Assembly: GCA_963422265.1 (NCBI GenBank)
Contig: OY729416.1
Coordinates: 96,001 to 160,000 of the forward strand
Direction: 5' to 3'
Origin: Thermodesulfobacteriota bacterium
GTDB lineage: Bacteria > Desulfobacterota_D > UBA1144 > Nemesobacterales > UBA2774
Length of the DNA stretch: 64,000 nt
Position numbers and translations under genes: made by a program. Numbering within the stretch: position 1 is the stretch's first letter; every line of letters begins with the position of its first letter. Below the pieces are notes generated by a model that had not been told where the DNA came from, did not search any database, and saw nothing but the letters and a program-made list of their open reading frames with translations. Shown here one piece after another: positions 48,840-60,580 of the stretch.

Positions 48840-49709
48840 ATGAGCATTCTAGTCAACAAGGAGAGTAAGGTTATAGTTCAGGGTATTACAGGGAGCGCAG
48901 GGTTGTTTCATGCGAGCCAGTGTAGGGATTATGGGACTCAGGTTGTGGGTGGGGTTACCCCAGGTAAGGGAGGGTCTGAGATAGAAGGATTTCCCGTTTT
49001 CGACTCTGTGCAGGAGGCGATAGAGAGAACAGGAGCTACGGTGTCTCTAATCTTTGTTCCTGCCGCTTTTTGTATGGATTCTATAATAGAGGCTACAGAT
49101 TCGGGAGTAGAGTTGGTCATATGTATTACAGAGGGCATACCGACTATAGATATGATAAAGGTAAAGAAATACATGGAAGGCAAGGACGTCCGACTAATAG
49201 GTCCTAATTGCCCCGGGGTAATCACGCCCGGCGAGGCTAAGGTAGGAATCATGCCGGGATACATTCATACGCCGGGAAGGATAGGCATAATATCAAGGAG
49301 CGGGACGCTAACTTATGAAGCAGTTTGGCAGACCTCTGAATTGGGAATAGGGCAATCAACCTGCGTGGGTATAGGTGGAGACCCAATAGTCGGTTCTACT
49401 TTTATTGACGTATTGGGGTTATTTGAGGGAGACGAAGGAACGGATGCCATCATACTTATAGGAGAGATTGGAGGAAGCGCCGAAGAAGAAGCGTCCCGAT
49501 TTATTAAAGAAAGCGTAACTAAACCCGTCGTTGCCTTTATAGCGGGGGCTACGGCACCTAAAGGGAAACGGATGGGTCACGCTGGCGCCATTATTTCTGG
49601 AAGCTCAGGGAGTACTGAAGATAAGGTAGCAGCTCTCCAGGGCGCGGGCGTTACAGTATGTCAAAGTCCCGCTGAGATTGGAGAGACGCTAAAAGGCGTT
49701 ATAAGATAG
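48840..49709 (+). CDS. sucD: Succinyl-CoA ligase alpha subunit
   Basis: [31 protein letters not shown] and MGHAGA motifs. Confidence 0.96.
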   Translation: MSILVNKESKVIVQGITGSAGLFHASQCRDYGTQVVGGVTPGKGGSEIEGFPVFDSVQEAIERTGATVSLIFVPAAFCMDSIIEATDSGVELVICITEGIPTIDMIKVKKYMEGKDVRLIGPNCPGVITPGEAKVGIMPGYIHTPGRIGIISRSGTLTYEAVWQTSELGIGQSTCVGIGGDPIVGSTFIDVLGLFEGDEGTDAIILIGEIGGSAEEEASRFIKESVTKPVVAFIAGATAPKGKRMGHAGAIISGSSGSTEDKVAALQGAGVTVCQSPAEIGETLKGVIR

Positions 49710-49713
49710 GCTA

Positions 49714-50667
49714 TTATAGGTGCAAGTCCAGATTATCTTTTAACCAATAATAATGTTCTCTTAGCCCTTCTTTAATATCAAAGCGAGGCGAATAGGAAAA
49801 GTCCTTACGTGCCTTTGAAACGTCAGCATAAGTGTGCATTGCGTCTCCTCTCTCGGAATTATTGTAATTGACGTCAGTGCTTCTGCCCACGATTTCCTCA
49901 ATAATCCTTATCACCTCTATGAGCTTTATCCTACTCCCTCCCCCTACATTATAAACCTCCCCGTCCCTGCCACTGGAAAAAGCCTGAAGATTGGCGTCAA
50001 CGGCGTCCTGAATATAGGTAAAATCCCTAGTTTGCTCACCAGTTCCATAAATCTCTATTTGCCCACCCGTAATAAAAGACTTAATGAATTTATGAAACGC
50101 CATATCGGGGCGTTGTCTGGGACCATATACAGTGAAATATCTGAGTGAGACGGTTGGAACTCCATAGCCTTTATAATACAATGACGCCAGATGCTCCCCA
50201 GCCAGCTTTGAAACGCCATAAGGGGAGATTGGATTTGTTTGAGAGTTCTCCGCCACTGGAAGCTGCTCAGCGTCTCCATATACTGAAGAAGAGGAGGCGT
50301 ATATAAACTTCTTGAGGTTTTTTGCATTCTTACACGACTCAAGAATTAACTGTGTCCCCATGATATTATTTCTAACGTATTCATTAAATTGTCCTCCCCA
50401 ACTTGTCCTTACGCCGGCAATCGCAGCCTGGTGAAAAACGGCTTCTACCTGATCTATAATCTTTTTCCAATCTAGGGTCAGGATGTCTGCCTCTATAAAC
50501 TGGAATTCAGGTCTCTTTTTTAAGCTCTGAACGTTCTTCTCCTTTATTCTTCTCGGATAGTAATCCAGAAAACAGTCCACGCCTATAACATCGTAGCCTT
50601 CACTAATAAGCCTTTCGGCAAGGTGCGAACCTATAAAGCCCCCAACGCCAGTAACTAGTATCTTCAT
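49714..50667 (-). CDS. NAD-dependent nucleotide-sugar epimerase/dehydratase
   Basis: GVGGFIG, ASSSSVYG, YGVSK and YGPRQRPDMA motifs. Confidence 0.92.
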   Translation of the reverse strand: MKILVTGVGGFIGSHLAERLISEGYDVIGVDCFLDYYPRRIKEKNVQSLKKRPEFQFIEADILTLDWKKIIDQVEAVFHQAAIAGVRTSWGGQFNEYVRNNIMGTQLILESCKNAKNLKKFIYASSSSVYGDAEQLPVAENSQTNPISPYGVSKLAGEHLASLYYKGYGVPTVSLRYFTVYGPRQRPDMAFHKFIKSFITGGQIEIYGTGEQTRDFTYIQDAVDANLQAFSSGRDGEVYNVGGGSRIKLIEVIRIIEEIVGRSTDVNYNNSERGDAMHTYADVSKARKDFSYSPRFDIKEGLREHYYWLKDNLDLHL

Positions 50668-50769
50668 TGTAGAATCAAATGCTCCCTTCCGTTTTGCGTA
50701 AAGTCTGTCTAAAATAACATAAAATTGACAAAAGGCGAGTTTAAGGTGACACTGATAAAATAAACAGAG

Positions 50770-52335
50770 ATGATCCTAAGCCCCTTTGAACTTGAAATAT
50801 TTCATAATGTTTTAAGCTCTATCGCAGAGGAAATGGGCGTAGCGCTCATAAGGGCATCGTTCTCTCCAAACATTAAGGAAAGAAGGGACTTGTCCTGCGC
50901 GATATTCCAATCAAATGGGGATATGATAGCGCAAGCGGCGCACGTGCCGATTCATCTGGGCTCAATGAGCTTCGCCGTAAAGTCAATACTGAGTGATACT
51001 AAGATTAACGAAGGGGATATATTTATTATAAACGACCCTTTCAGAGGCGGCACCCACCTTCCTGACATAACGTGTATAGCACCTGTGACCTTTGACAATA
51101 AATTCGAATTTTTCGTCGCTTCGCGCGCTCACCATGCAGACGTCGGAGGACTGACCCCGGGCTCAATGCCCCTATCAACTTCAATTGAGCAAGAGGGAAT
51201 TCTAATCTCTCCTTCGAAGTTGTATAAAAAGGGCAAACTCAATAAAGCTCTTTTCAAAAGGATACTCAACTCTACAAGAGACCCTGAAGAAAGAGAAGGA
51301 GACTTGAGGGCTCAGGTGGGGGCACTAGACCTAGGGCGAAAGAGGCTGCGAGAAACAGTGGGAAAATACTCGCTCAGTCAGGTTAAAGAAGCAGGTTCCA
51401 CCCTCTTGGACTATAGCGAAAAAATAATGAAGCAGGTGATAAGTGATATACCTGACGGGACGTATAAATTTGAAGATTATATGGATGACGATGGCGCTGG
51501 TGCTACAAGAATTCCTATAAAGCTAGCCTTAACAATTAAAGGCGAGAGAGCAGTGGCGAATTTTAGGGGGAGTTCTAAAATGGTAAAAGGATGTCTAAAT
51601 GCTCCTTACAGCGTTACTACTTCTGCCGTTATTTACGTGTTCCAGTGCCTAGCTCCGCCGGAGCTCCCATTCAACGTAGGACCACTAAGGGTTATAGACG
51701 TTATAGTTGACGAAGACTCTATTTTAAGCGCCAAATACCCGGCTGCAGTCGCGGGGGGCAACGTGGAGACCTCGCAGCGAGTTGTGGACGTGGTCTTCGG
51801 GGCTTTATCAAAGGCAATACCGGAGAAAATCCCAGCAGCTAGCTCTGGCAGTATGAGTAACTTTACTTTTGGCGGGGTAAATCCTAGAACTGGCAAGGCG
51901 TTTGCTTATTATGAAACAATAGCGGGAGGCATGGGAGCAAGGTGCGGTATGGACGGTGTGAGTGCCGTACAGACCCATATGACAAATACTCTTAACACCC
52001 CTATTGAAGCTCTGGAAAGGGAGCTGCCTGTAATGATCAATTCTTATTCTATAAAAAGGGGAAGTGGAGGAAAGGGAGAGTTTAACGGTGGAGATTCAAT
52101 CATAAGAGAATACAAATTTCTCTCGCAAGCTACGGTCTCGATTATAACTGAAAGAAGAAAATTTTCACCTTATGGGGTAAAAGGTGGAGAGGCTGCGAAA
52201 ATGGGAAGAAACTCGCTAATCAAACAACGAAAAACGTCCCTGTTGGATTCCAAGTCTGTCATAACCGTTGACATGGGGGATATAATACGGATTCAAACGC
52301 CGGGGGGAGGTGGATGGGGAAAGAATTCTTTATAG
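50770..52335 (+). CDS. Hydantoinase B / 5-oxoprolinase family protein
   Basis: [34 protein letters not shown] and TPGGGGWG motifs. Confidence 0.93.
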   Translation: MILSPFELEIFHNVLSSIAEEMGVALIRASFSPNIKERRDLSCAIFQSNGDMIAQAAHVPIHLGSMSFAVKSILSDTKINEGDIFIINDPFRGGTHLPDITCIAPVTFDNKFEFFVASRAHHADVGGLTPGSMPLSTSIEQEGILISPSKLYKKGKLNKALFKRILNSTRDPEEREGDLRAQVGALDLGRKRLRETVGKYSLSQVKEAGSTLLDYSEKIMKQVISDIPDGTYKFEDYMDDDGAGATRIPIKLALTIKGERAVANFRGSSKMVKGCLNAPYSVTTSAVIYVFQCLAPPELPFNVGPLRVIDVIVDEDSILSAKYPAAVAGGNVETSQRVVDVVFGALSKAIPEKIPAASSGSMSNFTFGGVNPRTGKAFAYYETIAGGMGARCGMDGVSAVQTHMTNTLNTPIEALERELPVMINSYSIKRGSGGKGEFNGGDSIIREYKFLSQATVSIITERRKFSPYGVKGGEAAKMGRNSLIKQRKTSLLDSKSVITVDMGDIIRIQTPGGGGWGKNSL

Positions 52336-53270
52336 TCGATGCGCACGAGGATATAGCGTTTCACTTAAATTATCTAAATAGGGATTTTGTGAGCCCTGAT
52401 AAACCCTGCATGATTACCTTACCCTGGCTTAAAGAGGGAAGGGTTAAACTTGTCTTTAATACCATATTTGTTCATCCGAAGCACAAGCCTCTTAAAACGG
52501 TAGAGTCAGCTTTGGATCAGCTATCTACCTATGACGATATTTACAGAGATTATTCCGAAGATGTTTTTCAAGTCAAGAGTCTCCGAGACCTGCAAAAGAT
52601 CGGCGAGGACTCCAAGATAGGATTTCTAACGTTAATGGAAGGAGCCGACCCGATTGAAAAGTCGAGCGATATTGATGAATTCTACAAGAGGGGCGTCCGT
52701 ATAATCGGACTTTCATGGAATGATAAAAACCGTTACGCTTCTGGCAATGATACGCATGAGGGACTGACAGAAGAAGGAAAAGAGCTTATCAAAAGAATGA
52801 ATGACTTGGATGTAACCCTTGATCTTTCACACTTGAACGAAAAGTGCTTCTGGGATGCGATAAATCTTACTAAACTCACTCCAATAGCTACTCACTCAAA
52901 CGCAAGAGCGCTTACGAATCACCCCAGAAATCTAACGGACGAGCAGCTTCTCGCCATATCAACTAGAGGTGGCGTGATAGGAATTGTTTTATACAACAAT
53001 TTCCTTAAAATAGGTAATGCTCCTCCCACGTTTGAAGACGTCTTTTCCCATGCTGACTATATGGTGAATCTCTGTGGGGAAGATCACGTGGGCATTGGGA
53101 GCGACATGGATGGAGCGAAAAGAGGAGACTTCCCCAAGGGACTGCAAACGATAGCCAACCTATTGAAGATAGGTCAATATTTTTTGGAGAAAGGCTATAC
53201 AGATCAACGGGTAGGGAAAATTATGAGTGGCAATTTTTTAAGGGTTATGGACAGGAATTTGAGGGGTTAA
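52314..53270 (+). CDS. Membrane dipeptidase (peptidase M19) family protein
   Basis: VDAHED, EG, DLSH, THSNARAL..HPRN and GIGSDMDG motifs. Confidence 0.9.
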   Translation: MGKEFFIVDAHEDIAFHLNYLNRDFVSPDKPCMITLPWLKEGRVKLVFNTIFVHPKHKPLKTVESALDQLSTYDDIYRDYSEDVFQVKSLRDLQKIGEDSKIGFLTLMEGADPIEKSSDIDEFYKRGVRIIGLSWNDKNRYASGNDTHEGLTEEGKELIKRMNDLDVTLDLSHLNEKCFWDAINLTKLTPIATHSNARALTNHPRNLTDEQLLAISTRGGVIGIVLYNNFLKIGNAPPTFEDVFSHADYMVNLCGEDHVGIGSDMDGAKRGDFPKGLQTIANLLKIGQYFLEKGYTDQRVGKIMSGNFLRVMDRNLRG

Positions 53271-53285
53271 GATAAAGAGAAAGCG

Positions 53286-53702
53286 TTATAAAACTGAAAT
53301 TATATTAACTACCTTGGCTTTTACTATGTTTTTTATCTTTATAAAAAACCACCTTCTCTTTTCCCTGTAACGCCCCATGATCTCAACTCTGTCCCCACTA
53401 GAGATTGGAAGATGTTCATACTTATAGTAAACCCTTAGCTCATTGGAATTATCGTCTTTGAGCCTGAAAATCGTAAAGGGGTTGCCTTTATGCGAGGTAT
53501 AATCTACCTCTTCTACTCTTCCCTCAACCCTTACCTTCTTTCTATTATATAATTTGGGAGCCGAGACTAATTCCTCAATTGTAACTACTTCGAACTTAGA
53601 AAGATCGGGAATACTGGGATTCACCGTGGCAAGAGAAAAGATTCCCCCAGAAATAATTACAAACGTTGCGACTAAGGCTATAAGCAGTTTCTTATTAAAC
53701 AT
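53286..53702 (-). CDS. Membrane-anchored OB-fold protein
   Basis: N-terminal TM helix; KVRVEGRV..FRLKD..GDRVEIMG pattern. Confidence 0.6.
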   Translation of the reverse strand: MFNKKLLIALVATFVIISGGIFSLATVNPSIPDLSKFEVVTIEELVSAPKLYNRKKVRVEGRVEEVDYTSHKGNPFTIFRLKDDNSNELRVYYKYEHLPISSGDRVEIMGRYREKRRWFFIKIKNIVKAKVVNIISVL

Positions 53703-53813
53703 ACCTGGGTTATTATGAATAAGAATATATAACTGTCTAGTATTAACAAGTAATACATTAGTAATATAGTATGAGACAGTAACCGATTATATTAAGCCTC
53801 GACAGGGAAACAA

Positions 53814-54614
53814 ATGAAATCACTCTTTATGCGCAAGTTAAACTGTCTTCTCAAAACGCAGACCTTTGGTAAAGTAATTTACTATCACGAAGAGATAGCT
53901 TCTACAAACACTTTACTTTTCAATCTTGCCCAAAACGGGGCATCGGAGGGGACGGTAATTATTGCGGATAAGCAAACAGACGGTAGGGGTAGGCTCAATC
54001 GCAAGTGGGTTTCACCGCCTGGAGTCAATCTATACATATCAGTGCTGCTGCGTCCTAAGGTCAATGCTCAAGAGTCTCACGTCGTTACTTTTTTAGCTGC
54101 CATAGCTCTTATGGAAACTATTAAAAAGACCGGCATCAGCACAGTAGAAACAAAGTGGCCAAACGATTTACGTATAAATAGAAAAAAGGTCGCGGGGATA
54201 TTGACTCAAATGCGGATGAATAAAGAAGCTATAGACTTCATCGTCGTAGGTATAGGGGTAAACATAAACATGTCCAGAGAGCTTATAAACTCTGAGATGG
54301 GAGGGGTAGCTAATCTTGCTACTTCGCTAAGAGAAAATTTGGGAAGAGATATCGATCGCTCAGAGTTTAGCGCCGATTTAATGCTAGAGCTAGAAAAGTG
54401 GTATCAAATGTTCAATCAACTTGGAATAAACGCCATAATAAGCGAGTGGGCGAAAAGATGGGAAGGAAAAAATCAAAGAGTGCGCGTTGATATTGATACC
54501 AGAGAGCCATTTGTAGGAACGGCAATAAATATAGACGAGCGCGGGCGACTCATAGTTAAGAAAGATAACGGAGAATTGGTAAAGGTTATTGCAGGGGACG
54601 TGAGCGTTATCTAA
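53814..54614 (+). CDS. birA: Biotin--[acetyl-CoA-carboxylase] ligase (no HTH)
   Basis: STN, QTDGRGR, KWPND, KVAGIL and GIGVN motifs. Confidence 0.95.
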   Translation: MKSLFMRKLNCLLKTQTFGKVIYYHEEIASTNTLLFNLAQNGASEGTVIIADKQTDGRGRLNRKWVSPPGVNLYISVLLRPKVNAQESHVVTFLAAIALMETIKKTGISTVETKWPNDLRINRKKVAGILTQMRMNKEAIDFIVVGIGVNINMSRELINSEMGGVANLATSLRENLGRDIDRSEFSADLMLELEKWYQMFNQLGINAIISEWAKRWEGKNQRVRVDIDTREPFVGTAINIDERGRLIVKKDNGELVKVIAGDVSVI

Positions 54615-55144
54615 TTATCCTCGATGTGCCTCACAATCTCTCTAGCCAGGGTCCCATATATATCCTTGGCTATGAAACCTGTTGGGCTAAAACCACTGAT
54701 CTCGCCTGCCGAAATCTCCTCCCCAGTAGCCTTGTTTACGATTGCGAGCTTAATGGCAATAGCCACCTCACCAAGCTTCACCCCACCGTCCTCATAAGTA
54801 ATATCAGAACTAGGTCTATATCCAGCCACCTCGCCTAGAACGACGATAGTGTGATCAGCAGGAACGTTTTCAACCTCACCATATTTGACGACTTTGAAAT
54901 TCTTGTTGGGTGCCATAAGTGCCGCTGCTTCGGCGGGTATTCTGGTCAAGGCTTCCTTTGGAAAATAATTTATATCGGTTTGAAACGCTTCAAATTGGAT
55001 CGCTTCGAAACCGCTTAGCTTAGTTTTGGCTGGCGTAAAGTAAGAAGATGTTTTCACATTGACGCATCCAATAATGGCAAAAGTGACAAGTAAAATAAAC
55101 ATCGGCGCTAGAAATTTAATACTCCGTCTGTCAAGATTTTCCAT
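54611..55144 (-). CDS. Putative lipoprotein (DUF4410-like)
   Basis: Signal peptide with IIGC lipobox; ATG 55144 with GAGGA SD preferred over 55222. Confidence 0.55.
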   Translation of the reverse strand: MENLDRRSIKFLAPMFILLVTFAIIGCVNVKTSSYFTPAKTKLSGFEAIQFEAFQTDINYFPKEALTRIPAEAAALMAPNKNFKVVKYGEVENVPADHTIVVLGEVAGYRPSSDITYEDGGVKLGEVAIAIKLAIVNKATGEEISAGEISGFSPTGFIAKDIYGTLAREIVRHIEDN

Positions 55145-55244
55145 TGAATAATTCCTCTTTGTGTAGCCTCCTCGCCTAGCGAGTAAAAAAGGTAAAGATA
55201 ACATATTACAGTCGTATGGCAAACGTTAGCTCAGATTATCACAG

Positions 55245-55721
55245 CTAAGTGATTTCAAGAACCACAAACTCTCTTACCCCACCAGGCGCCTGCACCACAA
55301 CGTCATCATCCACCTGTTTCCCTATCAGAGCCCGTCCTATAGGTGAGGTAATAGATATGAGCCCATTCTCTGGATCTGATTCATCAGGTCCTACTAGCTG
55401 GTAGGATACGATGCCTCCAGTATCTAAATTTTCGAGCTTGACCTGAAGACCGAATGTTACCCTGTCCTTATTAGTAAGAGTAGTGGGATCAATAATATCA
55501 GCTCTGCTAAGCTTGCTCTCAAGCTCTTCTATACGTCCTTCAACAAAAGACTGTCGGTTTTTAGCCGATTCGTATTCAGCATTTTCAGAAAGATCTCCGA
55601 GCGATCTAGCGTATTCAATAGATTTTATCACCTCTGGTCTTTCTACAGTTTTAAGCCTGTTGAGTTCACCCCGCATTTTCTTGAATCCATTAGGAGTTAT
55701 TGGAACTCTTTCAGTAGTCAC
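55245..55721 (-). CDS. greA: Transcription elongation factor GreA
   Basis: GDLSENAEY and SPIGRAL motifs; follows carB. Confidence 0.97.
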   Translation of the reverse strand: MTTERVPITPNGFKKMRGELNRLKTVERPEVIKSIEYARSLGDLSENAEYESAKNRQSFVEGRIEELESKLSRADIIDPTTLTNKDRVTFGLQVKLENLDTGGIVSYQLVGPDESDPENGLISITSPIGRALIGKQVDDDVVVQAPGGVREFVVLEIT

Positions 55722-55742
55722 GTTATTTCCCTCCTTAAATTA

Positions 55743-58700
55743 CTAATAATAATCTTGAAGGGCTTTGACTTCCAGTCCTTCTTTAAGCAAAACTTCGATT
55801 GCCCCTACTGCCGCGATCCCACCCTCCATTGTAGTAAAATAGGGAACTCCGTGCAGGAGGGCACTCCTTCTTATTGAATACGATTGAGCCACTTCCGTCT
55901 CGCCAAAAGTCGTGTTAAGAATAAGTTGCACCCCGCCACTTTTTATATGGTCCACAATATGAGGGTGCCCATCTTTTACTTTTTTTACGTATTCACATTC
56001 AATATCTCTATCTCTGAAATACTTAGCCGTGCCTTGTGTAGCCAAAACTTCAAAGCCGAGGCGCAACAGATCCTTCGCTATCTTGGAAGCCTTGAGCTTA
56101 TCATCGTCCTTAATGCTTATAAACGCAGTCCCTCCTAGCGGCAGCTCAGTGCCAGAGGCAATCTGGGATTTTGCAAATGCCTTTCTTATATCCGTGTCAA
56201 TACCCATTACTTCTCCTGTTGATTTCATTTCCGGACCCAAAATCGTGTCAACACCCGGAAACTTAAGGAATGGGAATACTGACTCCTTTACGCATATATG
56301 TTTAGGAATAATTTCCTTGGTAAAGCCGAGTTCATCCAGTGTTTTTCCTATCATTATTTTAGTAGCTAGCTTAGCAAGCGGTACCCCTGTAGCCTTACTG
56401 ACAAATGGCACTGTGCGGCTTGCCCTAGGATTAACCTCAATTATGTAAACCTCCCAGTCTTTGACTGCAAACTGTAAATTTATGAGCCCTTTTGCCTTAA
56501 TAGCTAAAGCAAGCTCTCTTGTCTGGTGCTTTATCTCGTCGATGATTGAATCCTCAATAGAAAAGGGGGGAAGCACCATTGCGCTGTCTCCAGAATGCAC
56601 CCCAGCCTCTTCTATATGCTCTAAGATGCCTGCAACTACTACTTTCTTGCCATCAGAGAGTGCATCTACATCAAGCTCTTTTGCGTTGTTAAGAAACTTA
56701 TCAATTAGAATAGGCTGATTTGGAGAGATTCTAACAGCTTCTTCGATATAGCGCTCTAAAGATTGCTCGGTATAAACGATCTCCATCGCCCTGCCTCCTA
56801 AAACGTAGGAAGGTCGGACGACGACCGGGTAGTCAATTTCCTTCGCTATCTGAATAGCCTCTTTTTTACCTCTCGCAATGCCGCTTTCAGGCTGCTTAAA
56901 ACCCAGTTTATGAATTAAATTTCTGAACCTTTCTCTATCCTCGGCTAGATCAATGCTATCGGGAGGCGTTCCAATTATCTTTACGCCTCTCTGCTCAAGC
57001 GGAATGGCGAGCTTAAGAGGGGTCTGCCCCCCTAGGTGCACTATTACTCCATCGGGTTTCTCTCTTTGGATGACCGACAATGTGTCTTCCAAGGTAAGAG
57101 GTTCGAAATAAAGCCTGCCCGACGTGTCATAATCCGTGCTTACTGTCTCAGGGTTGCAATTAACCATGATTGATTCAATGCCTTCCTCTCTAAGTGAAAA
57201 CGAGGCGTGGACGCAACAATAATCAAATTCAATTCCCTGTCCAATTCTATTTGGTCCACCACCCAAAATCATAACTTTCCGACTATCCATAGGAGCAGTC
57301 TCATCTTCTTGTTCAAAAGTGGAGTAAAAGTAAGGAGTATGCGCTTCAAATTCGGCAGCGCATGTGTCAACCATTTTGTAAACCGGTTTTATATTATCTC
57401 TTTCCCTTGAATGCCTTACACCATCCTCAGAGTTTGAGGTAAGGTTAGCAATTCTTTCATCAGAAAATCCGTAAGCCTTTGCTTTTCTAATCATATTCTC
57501 GTTCAATTTTCCGTTCCCGGAGCTAATTTCACGTTCCATTTCAATTATCTGCTTTACGTTTATGAGAAACCATGGATCAATAAACGTTAGCTCATATACC
57601 TCATCAACGTCCATCCCACATCTAAAGGCATCCGCCAGATACCAGAGTCTTTCTGAATTTGGGGTTTTTAGCCTTTCCTTTATTAATTCAACGTCCTTAG
57701 TTTTTGGCGTAAATCCTGACGAATCAACTTCAAGCGAGCGTATGGCTTTTTGCAGAGATTCCTTAAAAGTCCTCCCGATCGCCATAGCCTCGCCTACTGA
57801 CTTCATTTGCGTTGTCAGGGACGATTCAGCCTTGGGAAACTTATCAAAATTGAACCTTGGGATCTTTACTACTACATAGTCAATTGTTGGCTCAAAAGAC
57901 GCGGGAGTATATTGAGTTATATCATTAGGGATTTCATCAAGCGTATAGCCTACAGCAAGTTTCGCTGCTATCTTGGCAATAGGAAACCCGGTCGCTTTAG
58001 AAGCCAAGGCGGAGCTTCTTGAGACCCGCGGGTTCATTTCAATTACAAACATCCTCCCGTCCTTTGGGTTTATGGCAAATTGGACGTTTGATCCTCCTGT
58101 GTCAACGCCTATTTCTCTAATTATTCTCATGGAAGCGTCGCGCATTCTTTGGTATTCTTTATCCGTGAGGGTTTGAGAAGGCGCTACGGTAATGCTATCG
58201 CCCGTATGAACTCCCATGGGATCAAAGTTCTCTATTGAGCATATAATTACTACGTTATCGTTACTATCTCGCATCACTTCAAGCTCATACTCCTTCCAAC
58301 CGAGCACGGATTCTTCTATAAGAACCTCTGTAGAAGGGCTCAAATCCAGACCGCATCTTACGTACTCCTCAAATTCCTCACTGCTGTAAGCGACGTTGCC
58401 TCCTACCCCGCCAAGGGTAAATGAGGGTCTTATTATCAAAGGGAAGCCTATTTTGTCCATTACTCGCGTAGCTTCCTCCATAGTCCGTGCTATGCCGCTT
58501 TTGGGAACCTCAAGTCCGATCTTTATCATGGCATTCTTAAAAAGCTCTCGGTTCTCTGCTTTCTTTATAGCGGGGAGTTTAGCCCCTATGAGTTCCACGC
58601 CATGTCTTTCAAGTGCTCCTGATTCAGCTAGAGCAACCGCTACGTTAAGCGCCGTCTGACCGCCGAGGGTAGGAAGCAAGGCGTCTGGCGTCTCTTTTTC

Positions 58701-58934
58701 AATTATCTTTTCAACTATCTCAGGCACTATGGGTTCTATATAAGTTCTGTCGGCAAACGTTGGGTCAGTCATAATAGTGGCGGGATTACTATTTACGAGA
58801 ATAATCCTGTAGCCCTCTTCCTCAAGAGCTTTACACGCTTGGGTGCCTGAGTAGTCAAACTCGCACGCCTGCCCTATAACTATAGGACCCGAACCAATTA
58901 TCAAAATTGTTTTAATATCAGCGCGTTTTGGCAT
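55743..58934 (-). CDS. carB: Carbamoyl-phosphate synthase large subunit
   Basis: [39 protein letters not shown] and [10 protein letters not shown] motifs. Confidence 0.98.
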   Translation of the reverse strand: MPKRADIKTILIIGSGPIVIGQACEFDYSGTQACKALEEEGYRIILVNSNPATIMTDPTFADRTYIEPIVPEIVEKIIEKETPDALLPTLGGQTALNVAVALAESGALERHGVELIGAKLPAIKKAENRELFKNAMIKIGLEVPKSGIARTMEEATRVMDKIGFPLIIRPSFTLGGVGGNVAYSSEEFEEYVRCGLDLSPSTEVLIEESVLGWKEYELEVMRDSNDNVVIICSIENFDPMGVHTGDSITVAPSQTLTDKEYQRMRDASMRIIREIGVDTGGSNVQFAINPKDGRMFVIEMNPRVSRSSALASKATGFPIAKIAAKLAVGYTLDEIPNDITQYTPASFEPTIDYVVVKIPRFNFDKFPKAESSLTTQMKSVGEAMAIGRTFKESLQKAIRSLEVDSSGFTPKTKDVELIKERLKTPNSERLWYLADAFRCGMDVDEVYELTFIDPWFLINVKQIIEMEREISSGNGKLNENMIRKAKAYGFSDERIANLTSNSEDGVRHSRERDNIKPVYKMVDTCAAEFEAHTPYFYSTFEQEDETAPMDSRKVMILGGGPNRIGQGIEFDYCCVHASFSLREEGIESIMVNCNPETVSTDYDTSGRLYFEPLTLEDTLSVIQREKPDGVIVHLGGQTPLKLAIPLEQRGVKIIGTPPDSIDLAEDRERFRNLIHKLGFKQPESGIARGKKEAIQIAKEIDYPVVVRPSYVLGGRAMEIVYTEQSLERYIEEAVRISPNQPILIDKFLNNAKELDVDALSDGKKVVVAGILEHIEEAGVHSGDSAMVLPPFSIEDSIIDEIKHQTRELALAIKAKGLINLQFAVKDWEVYIIEVNPRASRTVPFVSKATGVPLAKLATKIMIGKTLDELGFTKEIIPKHICVKESVFPFLKFPGVDTILGPEMKSTGEVMGIDTDIRKAFAKSQIASGTELPLGGTAFISIKDDDKLKASKIAKDLLRLGFEVLATQGTAKYFRDRDIECEYVKKVKDGHPHIVDHIKSGGVQLILNTTFGETEVAQSYSIRRSALLHGVPYFTTMEGGIAAVGAIEVLLKEGLEVKALQDYY

Positions 58935-59060
58935 AGTAGGAGCTTATCCACACTATTGTCATACAGCTATGCTTTGTTTATAGAGACTCGCTTGAATGTG
59001 CCCTTTTAACGGCTAGCATGGTCCTATTTCTCGTGAGATCAGTATCAGAATTCCTATCTT

Positions 59061-59771
59061 TCAAGTCTCGGTGTCTTTTAGCGTCTTTCTCTTTGCCAAT
59101 TCGCCCATCACGTGGGTCATTCTCTGAATTGCTGTATATAGAGAAAAGACCAACAGAATAACCAAAGCGAGCTTGAGCAGGTAGTTGTCCCCTTGGAATC
59201 CTAAAGCTCTAGCTGCCAAATTGCCGAGGAAATCAAATACGGAGAGAACGCCTAGATACACGACCCTTTCTGTTCTCTGCATTATTCCCACTTCGCACTT
59301 AACCCCAAGCCCCTCTGCCCTTGCCCTAGTGTAGCTAACCATCGTAGTGGAGACTAGAATAAGATACATTACGTATATGAATACTGACTCCCGGAAAAAA
59401 CTAAGTAGTCCCATGTAAATTAAGGCTTCTGCAAACCTATCGAGGCATGAGTCGAAAAACGCTCCGTGCTCGCTGTTTACGCCAAGTGCTCTAGCGACGC
59501 GCCCATCAAAAATATCGAAGGTGGATCCAGCCAAGACCAATACGCCTGCTACGAAGATGAATCCGAGGTGATAACATAACCCCGCTATACCTCCAACGAC
59601 TAGCGTAGATAGGGTTAATACGTTAGGGTGAATTTTAATCTTTAGAAGATAATCCTCAATAGGTAGAACAAGTAATAACCACCAAGCCTTGACGCCACTT
59701 CCCAACAGTTTGGAAGACTCGGGCTCTTTATTGTTTTTGGCTCTCTGCACAATTTCCTTGGGGCGGGTCAT
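59061..59771 (-). CDS. CDP-alcohol phosphatidyltransferase family protein
   Basis: DIFDGRVAR...GAFFDSCLDR signature and SYTRARAE. Confidence 0.9.
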   Translation of the reverse strand: MTRPKEIVQRAKNNKEPESSKLLGSGVKAWWLLLVLPIEDYLLKIKIHPNVLTLSTLVVGGIAGLCYHLGFIFVAGVLVLAGSTFDIFDGRVARALGVNSEHGAFFDSCLDRFAEALIYMGLLSFFRESVFIYVMYLILVSTTMVSYTRARAEGLGVKCEVGIMQRTERVVYLGVLSVFDFLGNLAARALGFQGDNYLLKLALVILLVFSLYTAIQRMTHVMGELAKRKTLKDTET

Positions 59772-59889
59772 AACAATCCTAAACTACTATGGTTTTTACT
59801 TTAGTAAAAGTATCAGTTTTAAGCAAGGGTGGCAAGAGATAAAACTTTACTAATCCAACTTATAGAGCGTATTACTAAACACCGAGAGT

Positions 59890-60576
59890 CTAATCATTAA
59901 CAGTTGTATATAAAAACGTCACGTCCGGTTCCAGTTCCTTGAGCCTCTCGCCGTATATATTGGCTTTTTCTTTGCTATCAAAAGTTCCTATTCTTAACCT
60001 ATGCAGAATTTTACCGTCAGAAAATTTTACGGACTTGATAAAAACAGGATAGCCCTTTGATTTCATTATCCTAACAAATCTATCAGCCTTATCCTTATTT
60101 CTGAAAGATGCTATTTGCACCGTCCAACGACCACCATGAGCAATGGACGGCAGTTCTAGGCTTTCTTTTGCAGTTCGCTCTTTTTCAGTTGAAGCGCTCT
60201 TTTCAATCTCAATACCAATATGAGAAGAAGGTTGCTTCTGCACGGATGCGTCTTGTTCCAGGGACTGCTTTTGACTAACCTCTAAAGGATACTCTTCTGC
60301 TACGTCAGATACCCTCGTTGGGCTAAGCCTGCGAGACGTGGATTTAATCCCTTCCTCTCTAGCTTCTAGCTTATTGTCCACAAGAGCTTCTCTAGGACTT
60401 TCTGAACCGTCAATCCCTTGATCCCCTCTCTTGCTTGTCATCTTAGTGCCAGCTTCTATATTGGTTACTCCCTTACCCACTATAACTCCTAAGCTAAATA
60501 CGAGTATAAAGAGTATAGAGAAAGCGAAACAGAGCACTAATATCTGAGTTTTACTTGGTTTAGCTTTATCACTCAT
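59890..60576 (-). CDS. SPOR domain cell-division protein
   Basis: TM helix (VFSLGVIVG), linker and WTVQIASF..HRLRIG; usual position after argS. Confidence 0.85.
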   Translation of the reverse strand: MSDKAKPSKTQILVLCFAFSILFILVFSLGVIVGKGVTNIEAGTKMTSKRGDQGIDGSESPREALVDNKLEAREEGIKSTSRRLSPTRVSDVAEEYPLEVSQKQSLEQDASVQKQPSSHIGIEIEKSASTEKERTAKESLELPSIAHGGRWTVQIASFRNKDKADRFVRIMKSKGYPVFIKSVKFSDGKILHRLRIGTFDSKEKANIYGERLKELEPDVTFLYTTVND

Positions 60577-60580
60577 AAGA

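Noticed and set aside
58944-58952. Perfect DnaA box TTATCCACA just upstream of carB
   Set aside because: A single isolated 9-mer; roughly one chance occurrence is expected in 64 kb over both strands.
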